Shown piece after piece: positions 1 to 9,538 of a DNA stretch of 64,000 bases; within the stretch, counting starts at the first letter, position 1; every line of letters starts with the position of its first letter. Origin of the DNA: Dehalococcoidia bacterium. Its GTDB lineage: Bacteria; Chloroflexota; Dehalococcoidia; Lucifugimonadales; QGNO01. Location of the stretch: positions 984,709 to 1,048,708 of the forward strand of contig OZ220698.1 of the NCBI GenBank assembly GCA_965116555.1. Direction: 5' to 3'. A program made the position numbers and the translations under genes. The notes below the pieces were generated by a model that had not been told where the DNA came from, ran no database searches, and was given only the letters and a program-made list of their open reading frames with translations.

Positions 1-930
1 CCGGAGCCAGTTACGCTAACCGTTTATTCGGGTCGCAGTGAGGAACTGGTTGGGCCAATCATAGAGCAGTTCAGACAGCTTACCGGAGTCAACGTGGAAG
101 TGCGTTGGGGCGGCACCTCTGAGATGGCGGCTACCATTATGGAAGAAGGAAACAATACCAGGGCGGACGTTTTCTATGCTCAAGACCCCGGCGCACTGGG
201 GGCGCTTAGAGATAGATTCACCAAACTGCCGGATGAAATCCTGGCCCGGACCCAACCAGGTTTCCAAGCCAACGACGGCAAGTGGGTTGGCATATCTGGA
301 CGGGCCAGGGTGATGGTGTACAGCCCTGAACGCTTGACCGAGGATGAGCTGCCCGATAGCGTGTGGGACCTCACAGATCCTAAGTGGCGTGGACGCATCG
401 GCTGGGCGCCCACCAACGGATCGTTCCAGGTGATGGTGACTGGGATGCGCCAGCTATGGGGAGAGGAACGGACCAAAGAGTGGTTGGAGGGCATCCAGGC
501 CAACGATGTCAAGGTTTACCCCAAGAATACACCCCAGGTAGCGGCGGTGGCAGCGGGAGAAATAGACGTGGGTTTGGTTAACCATTACTATCTATTCCGA
601 TTTCTAGCTGAGGAAGGGGAGAACTTCCCGGCGCGCAACCATCATCCAAAAGCGGGAGACGCAGGCGCACTCATAATGGTGTCAGGCATAGGGGTGCTTG
701 AGCAATCGGAACAAAAGGAGACGGCCTTCAAACTTGTGGAGTTCCTGCTCTCACAGGTGGGACAGCAGTATTTCTCATCGCAGACCTTTGAGTATCCGGT
801 TGTAGAGGGAGTAAGGACGCAGCACGTGCTGACGCCCCTTTCGGAAATAGAAGCGCCCAACATGGAACTGCAAGACCTCTCCGACCTGGACGGCACTTTG
901 CAACTGCTGCAAGAAGCAGGAGTCCTCTAG
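1..930 (+). CDS. Ferric-iron ABC transporter substrate-binding protein (FbpA/AfuA-like), 5' end cut by window edge
   Basis: Frame 1 is open from base 1 (PEPVTLTVYSGRSEELVGPIIEQF...), so the listed 94..930 ORF is an internal start. Sequence looks like a periplasmic binding protein and is followed by a cognate permease and ATPase. Confidence 0.8.
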   Translation, partial: PEPVTLTVYSGRSEELVGPIIEQFRQLTGVNVEVRWGGTSEMAATIMEEGNNTRADVFYAQDPGALGALRDRFTKLPDEILARTQPGFQANDGKWVGISGRARVMVYSPERLTEDELPDSVWDLTDPKWRGRIGWAPTNGSFQVMVTGMRQLWGEERTKEWLEGIQANDVKVYPKNTPQVAAVAAGEIDVGLVNHYYLFRFLAEEGENFPARNHHPKAGDAGALIMVSGIGVLEQSEQKETAFKLVEFLLSQVGQQYFSSQTFEYPVVEGVRTQHVLTPLSEIEAPNMELQDLSDLDGTLQLLQEAGVL

Positions 931-942
931 CCAAGAGGCATA

Positions 943-2565
943 ATGGAAGCCACCCACGGCGAGCGGTTCAATTTTACGCAAAGACTAACGGCCGGAGGCG
1001 TTTCGAAGCCGCCTCTGGCCGTATTGATTCCCGCTTTGCTGGTGGCGGCCGTCATGCTTCTACCGCTCGTCTACCTTCTCATTCGCACGGCGGGCGCCGG
1101 CGAAGAGGCAGTGGACGCGCTGCTCCGCCCTCGGACGTTTTGGGTGGCCCTGAAGACGCTGGGGCTTATATTCGTGGTAAGCCTCTCATCGGCGGCGGTG
1201 GCGCTGCCACTGGCGTGGCTTACCGTGCGCACAGATCTGCCCTTCAAGCGAACCTGGTCCATACTCACCGTTCTGCCGCTGGTCATTCCCAGCTACGTGG
1301 GTGCCCTAGCCATGGTTTCGGCCCTGGGTCCGGGCGGCATATTGCAGCAGTGGCTGGAGGGGTTCGGAGTGGAGAGACTGCCCGACATTTACGGGTTCAC
1401 AGGAGCGGCGTTTGTCCTTACCATTTTCACCTATCCCTACATGCTCTTGATCTTGCGCACAGCTCTATGGAGGCTGGACCCCGCCTTGGAAGAAACGTCT
1501 CGTAGTCTGGGGGCGGGCAAGTGGGAGACCTTCCGGAGGGTGGTAATGCCACAGTTGAGACCCGCCCTGGGAGCCGGAGGCCTGCTAGTGGCTTTGTACA
1601 CGCTGAGCGACTTTGGAGCGGTATCGTTGCTGCGGTTTGAATCGCTGACACAGCAGATATACGTGCAGTACCAGGCGTCGTTCTCACGCCACGCCGCAGC
1701 CGTGTTTTCACTGCTGCTTGGCGCGATAAGCGTGGGCCTGTTGGTGATGGAAGCCAGGTCCCACGGCAAGTCCAAGTACTATAGAAGCAACAGCAACACA
1801 CAGCGACCGCCCTTTACGGTACCGCTCAACAGATGGAAATGGCCGGCGCTTATCTTCTGTGGAGCCATAGTAACGGTCGGCCTGTTGTTGCCGGTTGGAG
1901 TCCTGGCATACTGGCTGGCGCGTGGCATGGCCGCCGGAGAACCTCTGCGGCTGGTCTGGAGCGCGGCCTGGAACTCGGCGATGGTGTCGGCGCTGGCCGC
2001 GGGCGCGGCTACAGCAGCAGCAGTGCCGATCGCCCTGATGGTGGTGCGCTTCCCAGGAAGACTCTCTTTCATCATAGAAAGGGCTTCCTATACGGGGTTT
2101 GCTCTGCCCGGCATAGTAGTGGCGCTGGCTCTTGTGTTCTTCGGGGCCGCCTACGGAGGTTTCCTCTATCAGACACTGGCCATGCTGGTGCTGGCTTACC
2201 TGATCCTATTTCTGCCGCAAGCCACCGGCGCGGTGCGAAGCTCCTTGCTGCAAGTGAGCCCCCGTTTGGAGGAGATGGGGCGCAACCTGGGAAAGACCCC
2301 GGTGAGAGTCTGGCTAAGCGTTACCGTGCCCCTGATGAGGCCGGGACTGCTAGCCGGAGCCGCCCTGGTGTTCCTCACCGTAATGAAAGAGCTTCCGGCC
2401 ACTTTGCTGCTCAGCCCCATAGGGTTCGATACACTGGCAACCAAGATATGGAGCGCCAGCTCCGAGGGCTTCTTTGCCAGGGCGGCGGCTCCGTCGCTGC
2501 TACTGGTGCTGGTGGCATCGCTTTCGTTGTTGCTCTTGTTGCGCCAGGAAGAGGTGACGTCTTGA
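943..2565 (+). CDS. Iron(III) ABC transporter permease, fused two-domain (FbpB/AfuB-like)
   Basis: 540 aa and very hydrophobic. Two permease halves each carry an EAA-type loop (EETSRSLGAGKWETFRRVVMPQLRPAL and EEMGRNLGKTPVRVWLSVTVPLMRPGL). Confidence 0.85.
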   Translation: MEATHGERFNFTQRLTAGGVSKPPLAVLIPALLVAAVMLLPLVYLLIRTAGAGEEAVDALLRPRTFWVALKTLGLIFVVSLSSAAVALPLAWLTVRTDLPFKRTWSILTVLPLVIPSYVGALAMVSALGPGGILQQWLEGFGVERLPDIYGFTGAAFVLTIFTYPYMLLILRTALWRLDPALEETSRSLGAGKWETFRRVVMPQLRPALGAGGLLVALYTLSDFGAVSLLRFESLTQQIYVQYQASFSRHAAAVFSLLLGAISVGLLVMEARSHGKSKYYRSNSNTQRPPFTVPLNRWKWPALIFCGAIVTVGLLLPVGVLAYWLARGMAAGEPLRLVWSAAWNSAMVSALAAGAATAAAVPIALMVVRFPGRLSFIIERASYTGFALPGIVVALALVFFGAAYGGFLYQTLAMLVLAYLILFLPQATGAVRSSLLQVSPRLEEMGRNLGKTPVRVWLSVTVPLMRPGLLAGAALVFLTVMKELPATLLLSPIGFDTLATKIWSASSEGFFARAAAPSLLLVLVASLSLLLLLRQEEVTS

Positions 2566-3632
2566 GACCGCCTGCCATACGGTGTTTCGGTCTTTCCAAG
2601 CAGTTCGGCAATGCGCATGCCGTGGAGCAGGTAGACCTTGCCGTAGACAACGGCGAGAAGATGGTGCTCATCGGCCCCAGCGGCTGTGGCAAGACCACGC
2701 TGCTCAGGCTCATCGCCGGGTTCGAGATGCCTACCGCGGGAACGCTGGCGGTGGGAGGAGACCTTGTGGCGGGACCGGAGCAAGCCCTGCCGCCGGAGAA
2801 GAGACGCGTTGGCATGGTGTTCCAAGACTATGCTCTGTTTCCCCACATGGACGTTTGGCACAACGTGGCCTATGGAGTCCGCGATAAGTCCGAGCGTGAA
2901 AGCAGGGTGGGAGACGTATTGGAACTCGTCGGCCTCTCCGGCATGCAGAGACGCCTGCCGCACGAGCTTTCCGGCGGCGAGCAGCAGCGCGTGGCCCTGG
3001 CAAGGGCTCTGGCGCCGGGCCCCGCGGTGGTCCTGCTGGATGAACCGTTTTCCAACCTAGATGCCAGCCTCAGAGCCAGGGTCCGAGCCGAAGTGCGACA
3101 AATACTGAGCGATGCCGGGACTTCGGCTATATTCGTGACTCACGACCAGGAAGAGGCGTTGTTCTTTGGCGATAGGATAGCGGTGATGCACCGGGGACGC
3201 ATAGAACAGGTGGATACCCCGGAGAGTATCTTCCATCAACCAATCTCTCCGTTCGTGGCCAAGTTCATGGGGCTAGCCGACTTCATCCCTGCTAAGGTGC
3301 AGGGCGACGTGCTGCTAACGGAGCTTGGGATAATCCCCAGACCGTTGGAGGCCTGGGACGGCGCTAAGGTGGAGGTGATGGTCCGCCCCGACGATATATC
3401 GATCCACCCGGAAGAGGCCGGACAGGGCAGGGTGGTAGAACGGGTCTTCCAAGGAGCGCACAACCTGTACAAGGTAAAGCTGCCGTCCGGCACTACGGTT
3501 CACAGTCTACGGCTGCACTATCAAAGCTATCCCGAAGGTGAAGCGGTATCGGTACGGATAGACCCGGGACACGGGCTTATGTGCGCCGTGGACGGCAAGC
3601 TGGTGAATATCCCACCGGCAATTTACGGTTGA
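2562..3632 (+). CDS. ABC transporter ATP-binding protein (FbpC/PotA-like) with C-terminal TOBE-like domain
   Basis: Walker A GPSGCGKTT, signature LSGGEQQRVALARAL, Walker B VVLLDEPFSNLD. The track ORF start at 1833 lies inside the permease gene. TTG 2562 overlaps the permease stop (TTGA). Confidence 0.85.
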   Translation: MRPPAIRCFGLSKQFGNAHAVEQVDLAVDNGEKMVLIGPSGCGKTTLLRLIAGFEMPTAGTLAVGGDLVAGPEQALPPEKRRVGMVFQDYALFPHMDVWHNVAYGVRDKSERESRVGDVLELVGLSGMQRRLPHELSGGEQQRVALARALAPGPAVVLLDEPFSNLDASLRARVRAEVRQILSDAGTSAIFVTHDQEEALFFGDRIAVMHRGRIEQVDTPESIFHQPISPFVAKFMGLADFIPAKVQGDVLLTELGIIPRPLEAWDGAKVEVMVRPDDISIHPEEAGQGRVVERVFQGAHNLYKVKLPSGTTVHSLRLHYQSYPEGEAVSVRIDPGHGLMCAVDGKLVNIPPAIYG

Positions 3633-3680
3633 GCGGGCCAACCGGCGGCGCCGGTTCAGGGATAGGTCTAGCATAAAAAA

Positions 3681-3707
3681 GAGCAGCGGTTAAACCGCTG
3701 CTCTTTT
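3681..3707. terminator. Bidirectional rho-independent terminator between convergent genes
   Basis: Perfect hairpin gagcagcggt-taa-accgctgctc, flanked by aaaaaa upstream and tttt downstream. Confidence 0.8.
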
Positions 3708-3727
3708 CCAATCGGGTTAATGCGTCC

Positions 3728-3958
3728 TTACTTTAAGCGGAATCTATCTAATCTATTGCTCCAGTAGCGCCTGAGGTCCGACTGTCTGGGCTCGAATATG
3801 GAGCCTGCACCCGGAAGTTCCTTGGACCTGTCGCCCTTCACCAATAGGCGACTAGCGGCAAGAGAAGCGGCAGTAGCGGCGGCGGCTCCCAATAGAGCGC
3901 GCTTCAAGAAACTGCGTCGTGAAACCGTGGCGGCTGTAGCTTCATTCAATCCAGACAT
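3728..3958 (-). CDS. Small twin-arginine (Tat) signal protein of unknown function
   Basis: Tat motif SRRSFLKRALLGAAAATAASLAA. The ATG at 3958 has a GGAGA 5-6 nt upstream; the track ORF extends to an ATG at 4003. The mature part is only about 40 aa. Followed by the bidirectional terminator. Confidence 0.5.
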   Translation of the reverse strand: MSGLNEATAATVSRRSFLKRALLGAAAATAASLAASRLLVKGDRSKELPGAGSIFEPRQSDLRRYWSNRLDRFRLK

Positions 3959-4178
3959 ATCATCTCCAGAACTATCTAGCGCTGACAAGATCAATTCTTG
4001 CACCGTTCGTTTGGAAAAGCAAGCCAGCCTGCGGCCACGTTTGGCAAATTTGTGAAAAATAGAACAGAAAAGGACTTCACAAGAAAAATATAACCTGATA
4101 CATTACGCTCGTTTGGTGGTCTGTAGTTTGCTCTTGTGCGTGGGGTAGGGGACGACCAAACCTTCCTGTAAGCGGAAC

Positions 4179-4469
4179 ATGGACCCAGCCTTTGTAGACA
4201 ACGAGCTCTGGCACGGTATCTCCGTAATGCTCAGGTTCCTCTGGGCTTACGTACTCTTTGCTCTTGCTTTTACCTCCCTTTTTCTAACCGCGCACGCCAT
4301 CATTCCATCGCTGGTCACCACCGGGCACATTCCGGCGCAGGCAGCCAGACTGAGACCTTTCATATACGCCGCCGCCGGTGGAGCGCTGGTAATCGCCGTT
4401 ATCTTACTGGCCTTAACGCTGGCCAACGCCAACGTGGTAGGCAAAATCTGGGACAGGTACCTGATCTAG
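4179..4469 (+). CDS. Small membrane protein (2-3 TM), first ORF of the ACIII cluster
   Basis: 96 aa with hydrophobic stretches LWAYVLFALAFTSLFLTAHAII and FIYAAAGGALVIAVILLALTLA. Co-oriented with actA and 22 bp upstream of it. I recognise no family. Confidence 0.45.
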   Translation: MDPAFVDNELWHGISVMLRFLWAYVLFALAFTSLFLTAHAIIPSLVTTGHIPAQAARLRPFIYAAAGGALVIAVILLALTLANANVVGKIWDRYLI

Positions 4470-4491
4470 CCGGGGACACACTGCAAACCAT

Positions 4492-5085
4492 ATGAGAAAC
4501 ACCAGTCCAATAGTCTTCATAGCAGCAGGCATCTTTGCTCTTGGCGGACTCGGTGTAACAGCGGTAGTCGCATTCTTCGTTCTCAACGCCTGGTTCGGGG
4601 TATCGGTGTTGGCGCAGGCCCCGGACCAGCCTATCGACTTCCCGCACACGGTGCACGCAGGTACCGTAGAGGAAGGCGGAATAGGGTTGGACTGCACGTT
4701 CTGCCACCGCAACGTCGAGATGGGAGCAGCGGCTACAGTGCCATCCGTCGAGCAGTGCATGTTCTGTCACAGCCAGGTGACCGGCACCAGCGCGCAAGCG
4801 GAGCGGGAGATAGCCAAGCTGACCTCGGCGTGGGAAGCCGGAGCCCCCATCAACTGGAAGCGAGTCCACAGGCTGCCTGACCACGTGGAATTTGTACACG
4901 ATGCACACATACGCTATTTCTCGGAACAGATGGGCGTGGAATCCTCCGCCGTCTGTTCCACCTGCCACGGAGACGTGGCCTCAATGACCAAAGTTAAGCA
5001 GGTGAGGGCGCTGAAAATGGGCGACTGCGTCGATTGCCATAGGGAGTACAGCGCTCCCACGGACTGCACTATCTGCCATCGTTAG
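4492..5085 (+). CDS. actA: Alternative complex III pentaheme cytochrome c subunit ActA
   Basis: N-terminal TM anchor plus five CxxCH motifs (CTFCH, CMFCH, CSTCH, CVDCH, CTICH). Sits immediately upstream of the ActB-like genes. Confidence 0.85.
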   Translation: MRNTSPIVFIAAGIFALGGLGVTAVVAFFVLNAWFGVSVLAQAPDQPIDFPHTVHAGTVEEGGIGLDCTFCHRNVEMGAAATVPSVEQCMFCHSQVTGTSAQAEREIAKLTSAWEAGAPINWKRVHRLPDHVEFVHDAHIRYFSEQMGVESSAVCSTCHGDVASMTKVKQVRALKMGDCVDCHREYSAPTDCTICHR

Positions 5086-5095
5086 GTATTAGGGT

Positions 5096-7387
5096 ATGAC
5101 AACTACAAGACGGGACTTCCTGAAATGGTCTGGAGTAGGCGCACTGGGAACGGTAGTGTTCGTAGGGTGCGGCATTCCAGAGGAAGAGTTACTCATACAA
5201 AGCCCGGCCACTATGCCGGAGAACATGGTGTCCGGCCTGGAGGCGTGGTACGCCACCTCCTGCGCACAGTGCGGAGCCGGGGAAGGCGTCATAGTCCGCA
5301 TCATTGAAGGGCGCGCCATCAAGATAGAGGGGAATACGGACCATCCGGTTAGCCGCGGCAAAACATCGGTGAGATGTCAAGCCGGGCTGCAGGCACTGTA
5401 CAGCCCGGATAGACTCAGCGGCCCAATGAAGCGCACCGGTGAGCGCGGTTCAGGCGAGTTTACGCCAATCACCTGGGACCAGGCATTGGGCGAATTGACC
5501 GCCGGCTTGCAAGGCCAAGATCCAAGCTCCGTAACCATGATCACCGACCCTGTACGGGGCACGCTGGGCAAGGTTGCCAACCGGTTCATGAACGGATACG
5601 GCGGCAATCACATGGCGTTGGAATCCATGGAGAATACGGCGCTTCGAAGGGTTTCCAGGGAGCTGTTCCAGCAAGACCAGCTACCCCTCTTCGAGATAGA
5701 TAAGGCCGACTACGTTCTCAACTTTGGCGCCGACTTTCTCTCCACCTGGCTGTCGCCGGTGCAGTACAGCAGGGCCTACGGTCAGTTCAGGCAGGGGCGC
5801 GACCACCGCGGCACTCTGGTGCAGATAGAGCCGCGCATGTCCATGACGGCAGCCAACGCCGACAAGTGGCACTACATCAATCCGGGAACGGAAGGAATAG
5901 CGGCGCTCAGCATTGCTTACGTGCTCATGTCGGATTCCGCGGACAGGCTGGACGCTGCCGCAGTCGATGCTATGACCGGAGGCGCCGGAGCACAGGCTCT
6001 ATCGGCGTTCGCCCCGGAGTCGGTAGCCGGGAACACCGGTCTTTCCGCTGACTATATTCGAAAGATAGCGCACGACCTGGCAGCAAGCGAACATAGCCTG
6101 GTCATAGGCGGCGGCTCCGCCGCGGCCCACACCAACGGCCTTGCCAACATGAAGGCAATCTACAGCTTGAACATCCTCCTTGACAGCATCAACAAGGATG
6201 GAGGCATCAAGTTCAACCCCTCTTCTCCTCTAGATGAAGAGGGTGTATCTACCGTAGCCGCATTTGCTGATTGGGAAGACCTCAGAAACAGGATGAGCGC
6301 CGGCCAGGTAGGCGCCCTCCTAGTGCATGGAGCCAACCCGGCGTACACGCTGCAGTCTATCGATTTTGCAGGCGCAGCTTCAGGCGTTGGCACAATCGTC
6401 AGCTTCGCCAGCTCCATTGATGAAACGGCTGCCCTCGCCGACCTGATACTACCCGACCACACCTACCTGGAGTCCTGGGGAGACGATGTTCCCAACCCAG
6501 GGCCCGGATATCAGGTGGTGACCCTCCAACAGCCGGTTGTGTTCCCCTTCCACCAAGAGGGCGGACGCGGCACCAGAGCATTCGGCGATGTGCTGTTGGA
6601 CCTGTCGCGCAGGTTGGGAGGCACGGGATTCAATCTGCCCTGGCCGACGATGAGAGACGCCGTGAGAGCGAGCGCCCAGGAGCTGCAAGGGTTGAACAGA
6701 GGATCGGTGCGCGCCGCCGACTTCGAGGCTTTCTGGATATCAGCGCTGCAAAGAGGCGGCTGGTGGGACGAAAACGCCAAAGGGGATCAGCAGACCGTTT
6801 CTCCACCGTCGCTGTCTGAACTGGCGGGCTCTCCTGAGTTCTCAGGCGGCATGGGAGAGTACCCCTTCTATCTAATACCTTTCCAATCGAACTCGATAAC
6901 CGACGGCCGCGGCGCAAACCTGCCCTGGCTGCAAGCCGCACCTGACCCGATGACGACCGCGGTTTGGGAGACATGGGTGGAGATCAACCAGCGTAGAGCC
7001 GATGAGCTGGATATCAAGGAAGGGGACATCCTCGACATACAATCGCCCAGCGGCACCATCAGAGCCTTGGCCTACCCAACCCCGGCGTCCCACCCGGACG
7101 TGCTGTCGATTCCCACAGGACTGGGCCACACTCACTATGGAAACTACGAAATAGGCCCCGACCTGTCCCGCACCTTGGTGGCCAAGGACAGGGGCTCCAA
7201 CGTTATGTCCATTGTTTCGCCATTGAAGGATGGCCAGACCAATGCACTGGCATGGTCAGCCACCAGAGTTCGCATCAGCAAAACGGGCGAGTGGATACGC
7301 CTGCCCAAGTTCGAAGGGGCGGTGCCGCCTCAGTTCGAGGCCGGACTATTCCCGATATACGGCCGGGGTGACGGCGCGGCCCACTAA
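5096..7387 (+). CDS. actB: ACIII molybdopterin-oxidoreductase-like subunit ActB1 (split form)
   Basis: Tat signal TRRDFLKWSGVGALGTVVFVGC, ending in a lipobox-like Cys. Carries the ..EGNTDHPVSRGKTSVRCQAGLQALYSPDRL.. motif typical of the complex-iron-sulfur-molybdoenzyme fold. 763 aa. Confidence 0.85.
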   Translation: MTTTRRDFLKWSGVGALGTVVFVGCGIPEEELLIQSPATMPENMVSGLEAWYATSCAQCGAGEGVIVRIIEGRAIKIEGNTDHPVSRGKTSVRCQAGLQALYSPDRLSGPMKRTGERGSGEFTPITWDQALGELTAGLQGQDPSSVTMITDPVRGTLGKVANRFMNGYGGNHMALESMENTALRRVSRELFQQDQLPLFEIDKADYVLNFGADFLSTWLSPVQYSRAYGQFRQGRDHRGTLVQIEPRMSMTAANADKWHYINPGTEGIAALSIAYVLMSDSADRLDAAAVDAMTGGAGAQALSAFAPESVAGNTGLSADYIRKIAHDLAASEHSLVIGGGSAAAHTNGLANMKAIYSLNILLDSINKDGGIKFNPSSPLDEEGVSTVAAFADWEDLRNRMSAGQVGALLVHGANPAYTLQSIDFAGAASGVGTIVSFASSIDETAALADLILPDHTYLESWGDDVPNPGPGYQVVTLQQPVVFPFHQEGGRGTRAFGDVLLDLSRRLGGTGFNLPWPTMRDAVRASAQELQGLNRGSVRAADFEAFWISALQRGGWWDENAKGDQQTVSPPSLSELAGSPEFSGGMGEYPFYLIPFQSNSITDGRGANLPWLQAAPDPMTTAVWETWVEINQRRADELDIKEGDILDIQSPSGTIRALAYPTPASHPDVLSIPTGLGHTHYGNYEIGPDLSRTLVAKDRGSNVMSIVSPLKDGQTNALAWSATRVRISKTGEWIRLPKFEGAVPPQFEAGLFPIYGRGDGAAH

Positions 7388-7401
7388 ACGAGGAGTATTA
7401 A

Positions 7402-8130
7402 ATGGTAACGGCAAGGAAAGACAGAAAGTGGCAGATGGTAGTGGACGTGGACAGGTGCACCGGTTGCCAGGCCTGTGTAATAGCATGCCAGGCGGAGAAC
7501 AACGTTCCGCTCAACTCGGACGAGATATTCCGGCAGCGCCGCGCCATGGAGTGGATACGCATAGAGCGCTACTGGGAAGGCGAGTTCCCTGACGTTAAAG
7601 CCCGCTTTCTGCCGGTGCTCTGCCAGCAGTGCGGCAACGCTCCCTGTGAGCCGGTATGCCCTGTGTTCGCCACGTACCACAACAATGAGGGCCTGAACGT
7701 TCAGGTCTACAACCGCTGTGTAGGCACGCGCTACTGCCAGAACAACTGCCCCTATCACGTGAGGTTCTTCAACTTCTGGGAGCCGGTTTGGCCGGAGTCG
7801 TTGCGAAATCAGCTTAATCCGGATGTAACGGTGCGAAGCCGCGGCGTCATGGAAAAGTGCACTTTCTGCGTACAGAGGATTAGAAGAGGCGAACTGGATG
7901 CCGATAGGGAAGGGCGCGAGGTGCGCGATGGCGATATTCAGCCGGCGTGTTCGCAGGCCTGCCCAACGGACGCCTTGATGTTTGGCGACGTGAAAGATCC
8001 TAACAGCAGAGTATCCGAGTTTGCCAACAACAAGCGAGCATTCCATCTACGTGAACAGCTGGGCACGGATACCAACGTGTTGTATCTCTCTAAAGTTGAT
8101 GCGGAGGCCAAAGAGCTTACCCATGCATGA
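7402..8130 (+). CDS. actB: ACIII 4Fe-4S ferredoxin-type subunit ActB2 (PsrB/NrfC-like)
   Basis: Four Cys clusters (CTGCQACVIAC, CQQCGNAPCEPVCP, CVGTRYCQNNCP, CTFCVQRI...CSQACP). This domain is fused to ActB1 in the well-studied ACIII enzymes. Confidence 0.85.
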   Translation: MVTARKDRKWQMVVDVDRCTGCQACVIACQAENNVPLNSDEIFRQRRAMEWIRIERYWEGEFPDVKARFLPVLCQQCGNAPCEPVCPVFATYHNNEGLNVQVYNRCVGTRYCQNNCPYHVRFFNFWEPVWPESLRNQLNPDVTVRSRGVMEKCTFCVQRIRRGELDADREGREVRDGDIQPACSQACPTDALMFGDVKDPNSRVSEFANNKRAFHLREQLGTDTNVLYLSKVDAEAKELTHA

Positions 8131-9517
8131 TCACCATGACTTTGGGCCAGAGATAACTATAGACGGGTTCAACCGCGATATAGCTGAGCGGCACTCGACT
8201 ATTGGCAAGGGTCACCGCAACCTGATCCTGGCAAGCGGAGCTTTGCTGTTGGTGGGAATAGCCGCTTTTGCAGCCAGGGCTATGGGTGACGGCTTCGAGT
8301 ACAGGCTGCCCTGGGGATACTACGCAGCCGTTGTCGCGTTTCTCATGACCACGGCGGGAGCCGCGCCCCTGGTGATAGTGGCGCTGCGACTTGTCAAAGC
8401 GCACTGGCGCAGACCCCTGGCCCGCATCTCCGAGTTGTACGCCGCCGTGGGACTGCTTACGTTCCTCATGTTCCTACCCCTGCTTTTCCTAGTTCCCTCT
8501 GCAAACAACCGGTTCACCCTCTGGTTCCAGGCCGATGAGGGCGGCTCAGTTATGCGAATACCGGGAGCGCCGCATTTTTGGATTGTGCTCCTCATTGCGT
8601 TGCTCACAATATGCGGCCTGGCATTGCTGTGCATATCTGCCCGTCCCGATAGCGCAAGCCTGAGCGACTTCAGGTCCAAGCGAAAGGGTCTGATGAGTCG
8701 TGGCTGGCTTGGCACGCGGAAGCAGTGGTTGACAATGCGCGGGGGACTGGCTTTCCTTGGCGCGTTCTATTTCATACTCCTGGTGGGGACGCTTTCCCTG
8801 TTCAGCGTCGATTTCTCCATGGCGCTGGTGCCGGGCTGGAAGGACGCCATCTTCCCCGCTTTCCAATCCTTGACCGGCCTGCAGGCTGGCCTAGCCACCG
8901 TGATAGTGACCGCGTGGCTGTTGCGGCGATACGGTGGATTCCAAGACTACATTCGCATGGAGCACTTCTGGGGCGCAAGCAAGATACTCCTTGCCCTGTC
9001 GCTCATGTGGTTCTACTTCTGGTGGTCCGGCTTTATCATCTTCTGGTACGGCCGTTTACCGGTAGAACAGGACACGCTCAATCTGCTCATGTTCGGGCCA
9101 TACAGGGTGCTGTTCTTTGGAGCTTTCATCCTCAACTTTGTGACTCCTTTCCTCATATTGCTATGGAACGTAGTACGCAAGACAACGTGGGGGCCCACTC
9201 TCGCCGCGGCCTCGATACTGATTGGCACGCTGATAGACAAAATACGTATTTACGTCGCCTCGTACTCGGTGAACTTCCCCGGATCGCCGGTGAACATAGC
9301 TGACCACGACCTGGCTCTCATCCCGGCCACGCATTATCCCGATGTACTGGACGTACTCATAGTAGTAGGGGGCATCGCCGGTGGGATATTCGTGTTTTCG
9401 CTGGCGGCAAGGTATGCGCCGGTATTCTCCTTGTGGGAGATGTCTGAAGGTCTGAGACTGCGGGCGGTAAGGCCTTTCTTGAGAACACGTATTTTGATAC
9501 TGGGCAAACCGGAGTAG
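8123..9517 (+). CDS. NrfD/PsrC-family polytopic membrane subunit (ActF-like)
   Basis: About 10 TM segments, with AHWRRPLARISELYAAVGL resembling the NrfD loop. ATG 8123 (MHDHHDF..) overlaps the actB2 stop. The track start at 8021 lies inside actB2. Confidence 0.7.
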   Translation: MHDHHDFGPEITIDGFNRDIAERHSTIGKGHRNLILASGALLLVGIAAFAARAMGDGFEYRLPWGYYAAVVAFLMTTAGAAPLVIVALRLVKAHWRRPLARISELYAAVGLLTFLMFLPLLFLVPSANNRFTLWFQADEGGSVMRIPGAPHFWIVLLIALLTICGLALLCISARPDSASLSDFRSKRKGLMSRGWLGTRKQWLTMRGGLAFLGAFYFILLVGTLSLFSVDFSMALVPGWKDAIFPAFQSLTGLQAGLATVIVTAWLLRRYGGFQDYIRMEHFWGASKILLALSLMWFYFWWSGFIIFWYGRLPVEQDTLNLLMFGPYRVLFFGAFILNFVTPFLILLWNVVRKTTWGPTLAAASILIGTLIDKIRIYVASYSVNFPGSPVNIADHDLALIPATHYPDVLDVLIVVGGIAGGIFVFSLAARYAPVFSLWEMSEGLRLRAVRPFLRTRILILGKPE

Positions 9518-9538
9518 GTGTTAGGAGCGTCATAACAA

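Noticed and set aside
1833-2561. N-terminal 243 codons of the 599-aa track ORF 1833..3632
   Set aside because: This part overlaps the permease gene in another frame and has no ABC motifs. The ATPase domain begins just after the TTG at 2562.
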